This document shows positions 6,572 through 15,020 of a stretch of 32,000 nt of DNA, piece after piece. A program made the position numbers and the translations under genes. Origin of the DNA: Nitrososphaerota archaeon (GTDB lineage Archaea; Thermoproteota; Nitrososphaeria; Nitrososphaerales; UBA57); the NCBI GenBank assembly GCA_002713205.1, contig PAVW01000017.1:27035-59034 (forward strand). Reading direction: 5' to 3'. Each line of letters opens with the position of its first letter. Position 1 is the first letter of the stretch. The notes beneath the pieces were generated by a model. That model was not told the DNA's origin, ran no database searches, and saw only the letters and a list, made by a program, of their open reading frames with translations.

Positions 6572-8008
6572 ATGAGTACTAGACAAGAATTTTGGGATAA
6601 TGTTTCCAAGTATAGAGAAATGGGTATGGATCCGTTGCGTTGGGTAGCAGGTTGTGCTGTTAAGGTAGATCTTAATTCAGTTGTTTATCCTACTCTTCAT
6701 AATATAAAACCAAGTCTAAAACAAATGGGAATTTCTTTAGGCGCAAGAGTAGATGCTGATATATTTCCCCTCGTTGGAGATGGACCTATAATTAATCGAA
6801 GAATTTATGATCCATTTTCTACTAGTATTGATACTGAGGATTTAAAAAAAATTAATCCTAAACGTGCAATTTCACTTCTCCAGGTCTTTCAAAAAAACGC
6901 TGAAAAACAAGAAAAATTTGAAGCGTTGTTGATCAGTCTTTATACATCTATATCAAAATCAAATGTTCATTTTTCTGTTGGAAAAGGGCATTCTATAATA
7001 ACACCAGACAAAGAGGCCGAATTTGCACTTTTTGATTTTATTTCTTATGAAGAAGGTCAAACAGACGGTTATTGTTTATCAAATAATGATACTATTCAAA
7101 TTATTGATCCTACTGCAGATCCTTCATCTGAACAACAAACTAATGTAGCAGTATCGAATTCTCTCAATGATTTAATAACATTGGGTTGTTTTGAAGAATT
7201 GAAAGTTTTACCAGTTGTAGATGCACCAAACCAAGAAATTGAAACACAAATTCTAAAAAATATGACAAGTTTTGCAACTAAATATAATATTGAATTAATT
7301 CCCGCAGAATCTCCTAAACGTAGTAAATTACTAATTGGCGCTACATTATTTGGTTCATTACAAAAAGAACCTCCGACTAAGTTAGATTTGTTGGATTCTG
7401 ATATGAAAATTCTCGTTACGCGACCATTTGGTGATCTAGCTCCTATTAACGTATTCTTATCATGTGTAGCGGATGACACTTTTCTTAAAGACCTTGAAGC
7501 TACTGGATATGGTCTTAAAGATGTTCAGAAGGCTAAAGATTCAGTTATTAAAACTATGAGTGAACCTAATCTCAAAGTCGCAAAAATTATTAATAAATAC
7601 CTCCCTGATTTTGGAAGTGACTTTAATGTTCAAGAACATATTCTAGCAACTGGAGACCTTTCAGGTCCTGGTATAATGATCTTCAAGGAACATGCAGATA
7701 ATGCAAATGTGGATATATCTCTTGATAATTTACCTTTGCAATATCCAGAATTTGTCAAATACGCTACCGAAAATTTCTTAATGGATAATGCAACTGCTGG
7801 GACTAATGGAGCTGTTGCTATAATTGCTAGTTCTAATATTATTGGAAATATTAAGACTGATTTAGCTAAAGAAGGATATGATCCTCGACTTGTAGGTACT
7901 ATACTTGGCAAAGGTACTGGCAATGTTCGTGTTGGAAAGAATGTTAAAGATATGATTGCATCGCAAGCTTTATTGGATGATTTGGATATAACCGGGAATG
8001 AAAATTGA
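6572..8008 (+). CDS. SelD-like PurM-superfamily protein (selenophosphate-synthetase homolog, atypically long)
   Basis: 478 aa. The N-terminal loop VAGCAVKV aligns by eye with SelD GAGCGCKI (Cys28 and Lys31 correspond to E. coli Cys17 and Lys20). Other by-eye matches: VAVSNSLNDLITLG to AATNAISDIFAMGG, ATGDLSGPGI to TDVTGFGL, and NATAGTNGAVAIIAS to PQTSGGLLLAV. There appears to be an extra insertion of about 100 residues after the N-terminal loop. Confidence 0.6.
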   Translation: MSTRQEFWDNVSKYREMGMDPLRWVAGCAVKVDLNSVVYPTLHNIKPSLKQMGISLGARVDADIFPLVGDGPIINRRIYDPFSTSIDTEDLKKINPKRAISLLQVFQKNAEKQEKFEALLISLYTSISKSNVHFSVGKGHSIITPDKEAEFALFDFISYEEGQTDGYCLSNNDTIQIIDPTADPSSEQQTNVAVSNSLNDLITLGCFEELKVLPVVDAPNQEIETQILKNMTSFATKYNIELIPAESPKRSKLLIGATLFGSLQKEPPTKLDLLDSDMKILVTRPFGDLAPINVFLSCVADDTFLKDLEATGYGLKDVQKAKDSVIKTMSEPNLKVAKIINKYLPDFGSDFNVQEHILATGDLSGPGIMIFKEHADNANVDISLDNLPLQYPEFVKYATENFLMDNATAGTNGAVAIIASSNIIGNIKTDLAKEGYDPRLVGTILGKGTGNVRVGKNVKDMIASQALLDDLDITGNEN

Positions 8009-8255
8009 TTTGAGTAAACAATCTAACATAAAAACACTGGATTTAAAAGGTCAGATTTGTCCTTGGCCGGTTATTTTTACAATGAAAGAACTGCAGAAAA
8101 TGAACGATGGTGACATTCTTAAAGTTACAATAGATCATTTACCTTCTACGTTAAATATACCTGCAGCTGCTTCAAAGGAGGGCAATGAGGTTGTTAGTTC
8201 TACCGAGATTGGTGATGGTGTTTTTCAAATTGAAATTAAACACAATATAATCTAG
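7998..8255 (+). CDS. tusA: TusA-family sulfur carrier protein
   Basis: 85 aa with LDLKGQICPWPVIFTMKEL (CPxP motif). The start overlaps the SelD-like stop by 11 nt. Confidence 0.8.
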   Translation: MKIDLSKQSNIKTLDLKGQICPWPVIFTMKELQKMNDGDILKVTIDHLPSTLNIPAAASKEGNEVVSSTEIGDGVFQIEIKHNII

Positions 8256-8281
8256 TAATCTGTTTAACTAGGTGTTGAAAA

Positions 8282-8509
8282 TTGAAAATCGATAGATCGT
8301 TAGATGTTAAAGGTCTTGTTTGTCCTGTTCCTGTACTGAAGACTAAACAAATTATATCTAAAATGAATTCTGGCCAGATTCTTGAAATTTTAGCTACAGA
8401 TAAAGCAGCTAAAGATGACATTCCATCTTGGGCACAACGAGAAGGACATGATGTTTTAGATGTTGCCGAACATGAAAATATTTTCACATTTTATTTAAGG
8501 AAGAAGTAA
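8282..8509 (+). CDS. tusA: TusA-family sulfur carrier protein (tandem paralog)
   Basis: 75 aa, TTG start. LDVKGLVCPVPVLKTKQ and the ATDKAAKDDIPSWAQREGH layout are classic TusA/SirA. Confidence 0.85.
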   Translation: MKIDRSLDVKGLVCPVPVLKTKQIISKMNSGQILEILATDKAAKDDIPSWAQREGHDVLDVAEHENIFTFYLRKK

Positions 8510-8511
8510 CT

Positions 8512-9315
8512 ATGACTAATATATTAGTGTCTAGTGAATGGGTCAAAGATCATCTTGATGATGAACATTTGATTTTTTTTGATATTCGTTCTCCTCGTGA
8601 ATACAACAATGGTCATTTACCCAATTCTGTTCTAATACCATATGAAAAAATCTTAGATTTTTCACCTGATACGCCATTTTTTGATATAGCTGATAAAACA
8701 ACTATTGAACAACTATTGGGAGAAAATGGTGTTGATAATGATACTAAAATTATTGTTTATGGTGACAAAGGTGGTTCAACCGCATCGAGGCTTTTTTGGA
8801 CCCTTTTATTTTATGGTGCTAATGTAAACTTCCTTGATATAAGTTATTCAAAATGGGTTAATTTAGGTTATCCTGTTACCACTGAAGTATATGCTCCTGG
8901 TAAAACTACTTTTATTGCTAATGAAAATCCAGATAATTTTCGTGTAAATAGCGATTATGTATTGTCAAAAATTCAAGATCAAGATACAATCATTCTTGAT
9001 ACTCGTAGTAAAGAAGAATATCAGGGATTAATTGCGGCAGGTCCAAAAGCTGGAAGAATTCCCAATTCTAAACACTTTCCATGGGAAAAGGCTATCGGTG
9101 TTGACGGTAATATATTTCACACTACTGAAGAACTTTCTAGTATATTTGATAATTATGGACTTCAAAATAAAGAAATAATATGTTATTGTCAGGTAGGAGA
9201 ACGTGCTTCTCATACTTTTCTTGCTTTGAAGATTTGTGGCTATTCAAATGTTAAAATATATGACAGATCTTTTGCAGATTGGAGTAATAATTCTAATATG
9301 CCAATTGAGATATAA
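8512..9315 (+). CDS. tandem-rhodanese sulfurtransferase (thiosulfate/3-mercaptopyruvate sulfurtransferase-like)
   Basis: 267 aa with two rhodanese domains. The C-terminal domain has the active-site loop CYCQVGERAS (CxxGxR). The gene starts 2 nt after the tusA paralog stop. Confidence 0.85.
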   Translation: MTNILVSSEWVKDHLDDEHLIFFDIRSPREYNNGHLPNSVLIPYEKILDFSPDTPFFDIADKTTIEQLLGENGVDNDTKIIVYGDKGGSTASRLFWTLLFYGANVNFLDISYSKWVNLGYPVTTEVYAPGKTTFIANENPDNFRVNSDYVLSKIQDQDTIILDTRSKEEYQGLIAAGPKAGRIPNSKHFPWEKAIGVDGNIFHTTEELSSIFDNYGLQNKEIICYCQVGERASHTFLALKICGYSNVKIYDRSFADWSNNSNMPIEI

Positions 9316-9316
9316 T

Positions 9317-9574
9317 TTATTCAAATCGCGTTGGAATCTTTTTATCAGTCTTTGCTGCGGTTATCTTTTTTTTATCAGATTTTGATTTTCTTTTTACATT
9401 AGCTTTTTCTTTTTCCAATACTGCACTAAAACAAACTATTTTATTACTACTAGTCTTTCCTATACTTACTGAATTTCCATAATGAATTATTTCCCAGCCT
9501 TCATCTGCATATTTATTTAATTTATCTTCAAATTGCAGTCTATCGGTTTCAGCGATTACTTTATGTTGTTTCAT
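9317..9574 (-). CDS. small DUF4177-like protein with Lys-rich tail
   Basis: 85-aa ORF. The YADEGWEIIHY region resembles the small DUF4177 fold family, and the C-terminus is KRKSKSDKKK-rich. Weak family call. Confidence 0.4.
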   Translation of the reverse strand: MKQHKVIAETDRLQFEDKLNKYADEGWEIIHYGNSVSIGKTSSNKIVCFSAVLEKEKANVKRKSKSDKKKITAAKTDKKIPTRFE

Positions 9575-9636
9575 ACAGAAGAATTATATTGGTTTGATAT
9601 AATGTTTATTCTATTTTTTTTTACGCTGAAATCTAA

Positions 9637-10623
9637 TCAAGCTACAGGTGATGCAATTGGAACTAACGAAATAGTACCTGGGAAATACATTGATAGAGTC
9701 CACCAAATTATATATCCAATTAATAACAATATGCTTGTTTGTAGTGTTGTCATTACTGTGTTTCCCATTGCAGGAATTAACTCCATTATTTTTTCATAAT
9801 CTTTACCTAAAATTTTAGAAGCTGTCCGAAAGTTGCCTTTTGGAGTTAAAGAAAACGTTAATAATGCTATAATACACGTTAGTGGAATTCCTATTCCAAT
9901 AATAAAGGGTGTTATAACACTTACTATAATGATAACATAACTTGCCCCCATCATATAATTGTATAAATTAACTGCTCTCTTTTTTCCTAATCTAGCAACA
10001 ATATGAAGCCTTCCTTTTGATTTATCTGCTACAGTATCTGGAAATTGATTTATGTACAATATTCCGGTTGTCATCAATCCAACTATTGATCCAACTATAA
10101 TTGCTTCTATATTTATTAATCCGCCGCTCTGAATAAAGTAAATTCCTGTGAATAACAATGGCCCAAAATTTAAAAATACAAATAATTCCCCTAACGCAAA
10201 TTTAGAAAGTAATGGTGAATATAATATTACTGAAAAAACAGAAATTAAAATTATTCCTAATAAAATTCTATCAAAATTAAATACATTAAGGAAATATAAA
10301 CCAATGGATGATCCTATTAACAACAAAACTACACCAGCAATTAAAACAGCATTCGGTGTTAACAATTTTTCAGGTAATACTCTACTACCTCCACTAAATG
10401 GTGTTGGTGTTGTTGTTGTATCTATACCGCTCTTATAATCAAAATAATCATTTAGTACATTTACACTTGCATGTAACGATAAAACTCCAATTAAAGTTAG
10501 TATTCCATAACTAAGATTGAAAAAACCATCAGATAATGCAACCATTATTCCCAACGGCACAAAAATTACAGGCAAGCTTAGAAATGGTATTCTTAATTCC
10601 TTTGCCCATACTCCCAGTTTCAA
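9637..10623 (-). CDS. menA: UbiA-family prenyltransferase, MenA-like (1,4-dihydroxy-2-naphthoate polyprenyltransferase)
   Basis: 328 aa with about 8-9 hydrophobic helices. It has the NDYFDYKSGID motif (NDxxDxxxD, with the Gly typical of MenA-type enzymes). Confidence 0.65.
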   Translation of the reverse strand: MKLGVWAKELRIPFLSLPVIFVPLGIMVALSDGFFNLSYGILTLIGVLSLHASVNVLNDYFDYKSGIDTTTTPTPFSGGSRVLPEKLLTPNAVLIAGVVLLLIGSSIGLYFLNVFNFDRILLGIILISVFSVILYSPLLSKFALGELFVFLNFGPLLFTGIYFIQSGGLINIEAIIVGSIVGLMTTGILYINQFPDTVADKSKGRLHIVARLGKKRAVNLYNYMMGASYVIIIVSVITPFIIGIGIPLTCIIALLTFSLTPKGNFRTASKILGKDYEKIMELIPAMGNTVMTTLQTSILLLIGYIIWWTLSMYFPGTISLVPIASPVA

Positions 10624-10644
10624 ATTACAAGCCTGCTACTAATT

Positions 10645-10980
10645 TTAAATATCTTTTACAAAATGGGTCGTGCCCATGAATCCAATCGGTTTATCTCCAT
10701 CTTTTAATGATTTAACATTTAATCTTGCGATGAAATGTGAACCGTCTTTCCTTACTAATTCTACTTCATCTTCCCACACACCCTTTTCTATAGCTGTCTG
10801 TAGAAGAACTGGAACTAGTGTTTTGACATTTTCTTCAGTATGGAACATTCCAACATTTCCCTTTCCAATCACTTCATCTTTTGTATAGCCAAATAACTCT
10901 TCAGCTCCCTTACCAAAGGCAGTTATTGACCCTGTCATATCGCATGCTATGCCTGATATTGGTATATTTTCTTCACTCAT
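10645..10980 (-). CDS. stand-alone PAS domain protein
   Basis: 111 aa. AEELFGYTKDEVIGK ... WEDEVELVRKDGSHFIARL ... GFMGTTHFVKDI follows the PAS consensus. Confidence 0.6.
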   Translation of the reverse strand: MSEENIPISGIACDMTGSITAFGKGAEELFGYTKDEVIGKGNVGMFHTEENVKTLVPVLLQTAIEKGVWEDEVELVRKDGSHFIARLNVKSLKDGDKPIGFMGTTHFVKDI

Positions 10981-11062
10981 TAATTACCACTAATCTATGG
11001 TAATGTATTGGCAATAAATAAATTTTATTATTTGAGTGTTATACATCTGAATAGTAATAATC

Positions 11063-12232
11063 ATGTTCTTGGAAAACCTGCTTAATTCTCTCTTTTTACG
11101 CCAACTTTTGTTATTAGGATGGTTTTTAGTTTTTTTTTCTCGATTATTTACAGAATTCAAACTGAATTCTATTGGAATGCCAAATTCAAATATTTCTGAA
11201 GACTCGCCATCTGTTTCTGTAATAGTTCCTGCACGGAATGAAGAAAACAATTTAGGAAAATGCCTATTTTCATTACAGCAACAAGATTATCCTAATCTTG
11301 AATTTATTATTGTTGATGATTGTTCGATAGATAAAACTCGTAATATAATAAAAAAATATGTAAAAAATGATTCACGATTCAAGATTGTTGAGTTAGATGA
11401 CCAAGAACCAAATTGGGTAGGAAAGAATTGGGCATGTTATAACGGTTATCTACTTTCAACAGGAAAGTATTTGCTTTTTACAGATGCAGATACAGAACAT
11501 TCAACAAACTCAATCTCAACTTCAATTTCATATCTCCGTAAAAATGAACTTGACGTGTTGACTTTATTTCCAAAACTAATCTGCCAAGATTTCTGGAGTA
11601 AAGTGATAATGCCGTTTTTAATTTCTATGATATACATAGTTTATTCACCTATTCGTTTAAATTCCAAAAAAGATCCAATTGCATATTTGATTGGTGGATT
11701 TATACTCATCAAACGCACTGTTTATGAACAAATTGGTGGACATAAAACAGTTAAACATTCATTTGTTGAAGATAAAGCATTAGGGGAGATCCTTAAGACA
11801 TCTGGTTTTAATATAAAAATTCTTGAAGCTAAAAATAATCTTAAGTCTTTTTCTAGAATTGGTTTTAAGCATAATTTTAATGCCATGCAACGTGCACTGT
11901 CAGGATCTATAGTTGCGCCAAATATTTTAATTGCTTTTCCTGTAATTATTTTTGGTTTTATTACCCTTATTATTCCTTATTGTTTATTTTTTTATGATCT
12001 TTATGGGTCTTATTCTTTAAATTTAATTTTTAGTTCATTAATTTTATTTTTTATATTATTGTCATATTTTTTAGAATTTAAAAATATTTTACACACCAAC
12101 AAAATATTTGTTTTTTTCCATCCATTATCTGCGTTAATTCAACTTTTTGCTCTATTTTATTGTACTGTTAAGGTTGCTTTAGGTTATGATTTTATTTGGC
12201 GTGACAGGAAATATAAAAAATTTAAAATGTAG
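11063..12232 (+). CDS. family-2 glycosyltransferase with membrane-spanning C-terminal region
   Basis: SVIVPARNEENNLGKCLFSLQQQDYPNLEFIIVDDCSIDKT and FTDADT (DxD) are GT2 hallmarks, and the C-terminal third is hydrophobic. An alternative start at M38 (11174) is possible. Confidence 0.8.
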   Translation: MFLENLLNSLFLRQLLLLGWFLVFFSRLFTEFKLNSIGMPNSNISEDSPSVSVIVPARNEENNLGKCLFSLQQQDYPNLEFIIVDDCSIDKTRNIIKKYVKNDSRFKIVELDDQEPNWVGKNWACYNGYLLSTGKYLLFTDADTEHSTNSISTSISYLRKNELDVLTLFPKLICQDFWSKVIMPFLISMIYIVYSPIRLNSKKDPIAYLIGGFILIKRTVYEQIGGHKTVKHSFVEDKALGEILKTSGFNIKILEAKNNLKSFSRIGFKHNFNAMQRALSGSIVAPNILIAFPVIIFGFITLIIPYCLFFYDLYGSYSLNLIFSSLILFFILLSYFLEFKNILHTNKIFVFFHPLSALIQLFALFYCTVKVALGYDFIWRDRKYKKFKM

Positions 12233-12872
12233 TTCTACGTTTTTGCAATCCAAAAAATGGTTTTAGATATAGGCCAAATGCTATTCCTACTAACATTCCA
12301 GCTATATGTGCTCCATGTGCTATACCATCAGGTTGCGCAAATCCTGTAATATCTACTACTGCATAAATTCCAGCAAGAACAATCATCGGCACTGGTAATA
12401 TTCCCCAGATATAAACTGACATGAAAGGAGCTAATACTGTTAAAGTACCTAATAGGCCATACACTGCGCCAGATGCTCCAATTGCAGGTATATTGTTTGC
12501 TGAAATGGACGCAGTTATCAAATAACCAATACTGCCTATTATTCCAGCACTTAAGTAAATGGTGATAAATCTATATTTTCCCAGTAATCTTTCAAGAAAA
12601 GTTCCAAAGAAAAATAACGCAATCATATTGGAAAATAGATGATCAAAGTTTGCATGCAGAAACATGGAAGTGATCCATCGAAATGCCCATAGCGGATTCA
12701 TTGCATCTTTTGGGAAAAATGCAAAATATATCCAAATCTCAGGTCCTACTATTAGTTGTATTAAAAACGTTATAATTGATAGTCCGATAAATATTAAACT
12801 CCATTTTGGTCCATTAGTTGAGCGTTCATTATTGCCCCGAATTTTATACATTATTACAATAAATAAATTCAA
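12222..12872 (-). CDS. rhomboid-family intramembrane serine protease
   Basis: HANFDHLFSNM, GASGAVYGLLG (GxSG catalytic Ser) and AHGAHIAG (catalytic His). The ATG at 12851 is a likelier start than the TTG at 12872. Confidence 0.85.
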   Translation of the reverse strand: MNLFIVIMYKIRGNNERSTNGPKWSLIFIGLSIITFLIQLIVGPEIWIYFAFFPKDAMNPLWAFRWITSMFLHANFDHLFSNMIALFFFGTFLERLLGKYRFITIYLSAGIIGSIGYLITASISANNIPAIGASGAVYGLLGTLTVLAPFMSVYIWGILPVPMIVLAGIYAVVDITGFAQPDGIAHGAHIAGMLVGIAFGLYLKPFFGLQKRRTTF

Positions 12873-12941
12873 AGTATTAAAAAATAATCTGATAATTAAA
12901 ATCGTACAAAATAAAAATGATTATATTAATTTTATATATAT

Positions 12942-13826
12942 ATGGATAAATCTACATTACTTCGAAAAACTCTAAAACAAGAAAAAACAGTTCTAGTTCC
13001 TGGCATTTATGATGCCTTAAGTGCCAAGATTGCGGAGAGAGTTGGTTTTAATATTCTATTTCATACGGGTTATGGTACTGCTGCAACTTTACTTGGCGTT
13101 CCAGATATTGGTCTTGTTAGTTTTTCTGAAATGAAAGAACGAGTTTCTAACATTTGTAATGCAGTTGATGTTCCGGTTATTGCCGATGCAGATACGGGTT
13201 ATGGAAATTCGTTGAATACAATGAGAACTGTAAAGGATTATATTAAATCTGGTGCCGCTGGATTGATACTTGAAGATCAAGTTTGGCCAAAAAAATGTGG
13301 CCATATGCAAAATAAAGATGTAATTTCTATTGAAGAAATGGAAGGTAAAATCAAGGCTGCAGTAAAGTCTCGTACCATTGAACATTCTGACCTTGTAATT
13401 GTTGGTCGAACAGATAGTTTGGCAGTAGAGGGTTTGGATAATGCCATTGCACGTGTAAAAACATATCAAAAAGCTGGCGCAGATATTTTATTCATTGAAG
13501 CACCAAACCAAATAGATGACTTGAAAGAAATTAATTCTAAGATTGAAATGCCTTTGTTATTGAATCAAATTGAAGGAGGACAAACTCCAATAATCTCTTT
13601 GGAAGATGCACAACGCTTAGGATTTAAAATTATTTTATTTCCACTTACTTCTTTATATGCCTCCACTAAAGCTATTTTTGACACATTTACCAGTCTTATG
13701 AACAAACAAACTTCTACTGGTTTAGAAAATAAATTAATTACTTTTGATTTGTTTAACGAACTTGTTAATCATGATGAATTTATTAAATTAGAAAAAAACT
13801 TTTCTGCAAATAATATTAATAAATAA
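12942..13826 (+). CDS. isocitrate-lyase/PEP-mutase superfamily enzyme (methylisocitrate lyase / carboxyvinyl-carboxyphosphonate phosphorylmutase-like)
   Basis: 294 aa with PGIYDALSAKIAE, DADTGYGN and LEDQVWPKKCGHM (the KxCGH loop of the lyase branch). Confidence 0.75.
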   Translation: MDKSTLLRKTLKQEKTVLVPGIYDALSAKIAERVGFNILFHTGYGTAATLLGVPDIGLVSFSEMKERVSNICNAVDVPVIADADTGYGNSLNTMRTVKDYIKSGAAGLILEDQVWPKKCGHMQNKDVISIEEMEGKIKAAVKSRTIEHSDLVIVGRTDSLAVEGLDNAIARVKTYQKAGADILFIEAPNQIDDLKEINSKIEMPLLLNQIEGGQTPIISLEDAQRLGFKIILFPLTSLYASTKAIFDTFTSLMNKQTSTGLENKLITFDLFNELVNHDEFIKLEKNFSANNINK

Positions 13827-13837
13827 CTAATTTAATT

Positions 13838-14992
13838 TTATGTAGTGTATTTTTCAATTTTCTCGTGACATTTTTTTATTGCATTATAATTATTTGCTCT
13901 CTTTCTGAATTCTTCTACATTGGAGATATAGTTGTTATCTGAAAAAATATTATTAATTGCGACTAGAATTTTTTTTTCCAGGTTATTTTCATTAATGTAA
14001 ATTCCCAATCCTAATTCTTCTATTCTTTTTGCATTATGCAGTTGTTCGGTTTGATTTATTATAGGAATGCTTATTATGGGTTTTCCAATAGTTAATGCTT
14101 TTGATATTGTAGAATGACCGCCTCTAGTGATTATACAATCCGCTACTTGAAATATTTCTTGATATGGACACCAATCAAATAAAATTACATTGTTTGATTT
14201 TTTTGGCTGAGTATTTCCTCCTGGTATTCCTTTTGAAATAATTAGATTATATTTTAAATTGTTTGATTTTATTACATTCATGATTTTTTTATACACATTA
14301 TTTCTGCTTGATTTTGGTCCACTAATTTGGATATAAAGAATTGGATTATTATTATTGATTTTTAAAATATTTTTTATTTGTTCTTGATTGTTAACTTTTG
14401 GAACATTTGATAAAAACCCAATATATTCAATTTTTTTACTTGTCGAATAGATTTTATTGACATTTTCTAAACAAATAGAATACGGCGGTGGTAAATCAGG
14501 AATCAGAATTTCATTGGATAAATTCCATAAAATTCCTAACATTTCTCCATTTATACGTTCAATAATTCTGATTCTTCTTTCTTTAATTGATAGGATTAAC
14601 CGTATTTGGTTCAGAATAGTGATAGAAGGAATTCCACACATTTTTGCAGCAATAATTGGAGATAATCTTGAATCACTAAATATTAAGTTGGGTTTATTTT
14701 TTCTAATATTATTCCGTTCGTTATTTATATGTTTGATAAATATTGAAAATGATTTTGGTAAATTAATTAATGTATTGAAATTAGACACGCCACCTTTGGT
14801 AGACCACGAAACATCTAATGGTGCTACATTATGACATTCTAATCCTTGTTCTTTCAGATAAATCGAACCTTCCCCAAAAGAACTAAAATAATATGTATGA
14901 TTTTTTGATAGTGTTTTAGCTATTTCAGATGTTCTTATTGCATGTCCTAAACCTGATCCAAAAGTTGGAAAATATATTTTCTTATTTTTCAA
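13838..14992 (-). CDS. GT-B fold glycosyltransferase (MurG / family-28-like C-terminal domain)
   Basis: 384 aa. It has the N-terminal FPTFGSGLGHAIR Gly-rich loop and the C-terminal ITRGGHSTISKAL nucleotide-sugar binding motif. Confidence 0.65.
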   Translation of the reverse strand: MKNKKIYFPTFGSGLGHAIRTSEIAKTLSKNHTYYFSSFGEGSIYLKEQGLECHNVAPLDVSWSTKGGVSNFNTLINLPKSFSIFIKHINNERNNIRKNKPNLIFSDSRLSPIIAAKMCGIPSITILNQIRLILSIKERRIRIIERINGEMLGILWNLSNEILIPDLPPPYSICLENVNKIYSTSKKIEYIGFLSNVPKVNNQEQIKNILKINNNNPILYIQISGPKSSRNNVYKKIMNVIKSNNLKYNLIISKGIPGGNTQPKKSNNVILFDWCPYQEIFQVADCIITRGGHSTISKALTIGKPIISIPIINQTEQLHNAKRIEELGLGIYINENNLEKKILVAINNIFSDNNYISNVEEFRKRANNYNAIKKCHEKIEKYTT

Positions 14993-15020
14993 TTAAATCA
15001 CTTTCCATTAATTATAGTAA

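Noticed and set aside
7096-7923. Minus-strand ORFs 7096-7479 and 7630-7923 inside the SelD-like gene, and 8236-8487 antisense to tusA
   Set aside because: They lie antisense to ORFs with clear family motifs, and their composition looks like that of frame shadows.
6572-8008. The SelD-like gene as a selenoprotein (Sec-containing SelD) or an ordinary selD
   Set aside because: The catalytic position is encoded by TGT (Cys) and the ORF has no in-frame TGA. Its length and apparent insertion are atypical, and no selA/selB/selU lies nearby. It is kept as SelD-like only.
2677-9315. The sulfur cluster as a tRNA-integrated genomic island, since it begins 2 nt from the tRNA-Arg 3' end
   Set aside because: I saw no integrase or recombinase gene. 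By eye I could find no direct repeat of the tRNA 3' end at the far border (around 9316-9640). I could not compute compositional skew.
12942-13826. PEP mutase (phosphonate biosynthesis, as known from marine ammonia-oxidising archaea)
   Set aside because: The active-site loop reads EDQVWPKKCGHM. This is the KxCGH signature of the isocitrate/methylisocitrate-lyase branch, not the EDK-x5-NS signature of PEP mutase. No phosphonate-pathway neighbours are present.
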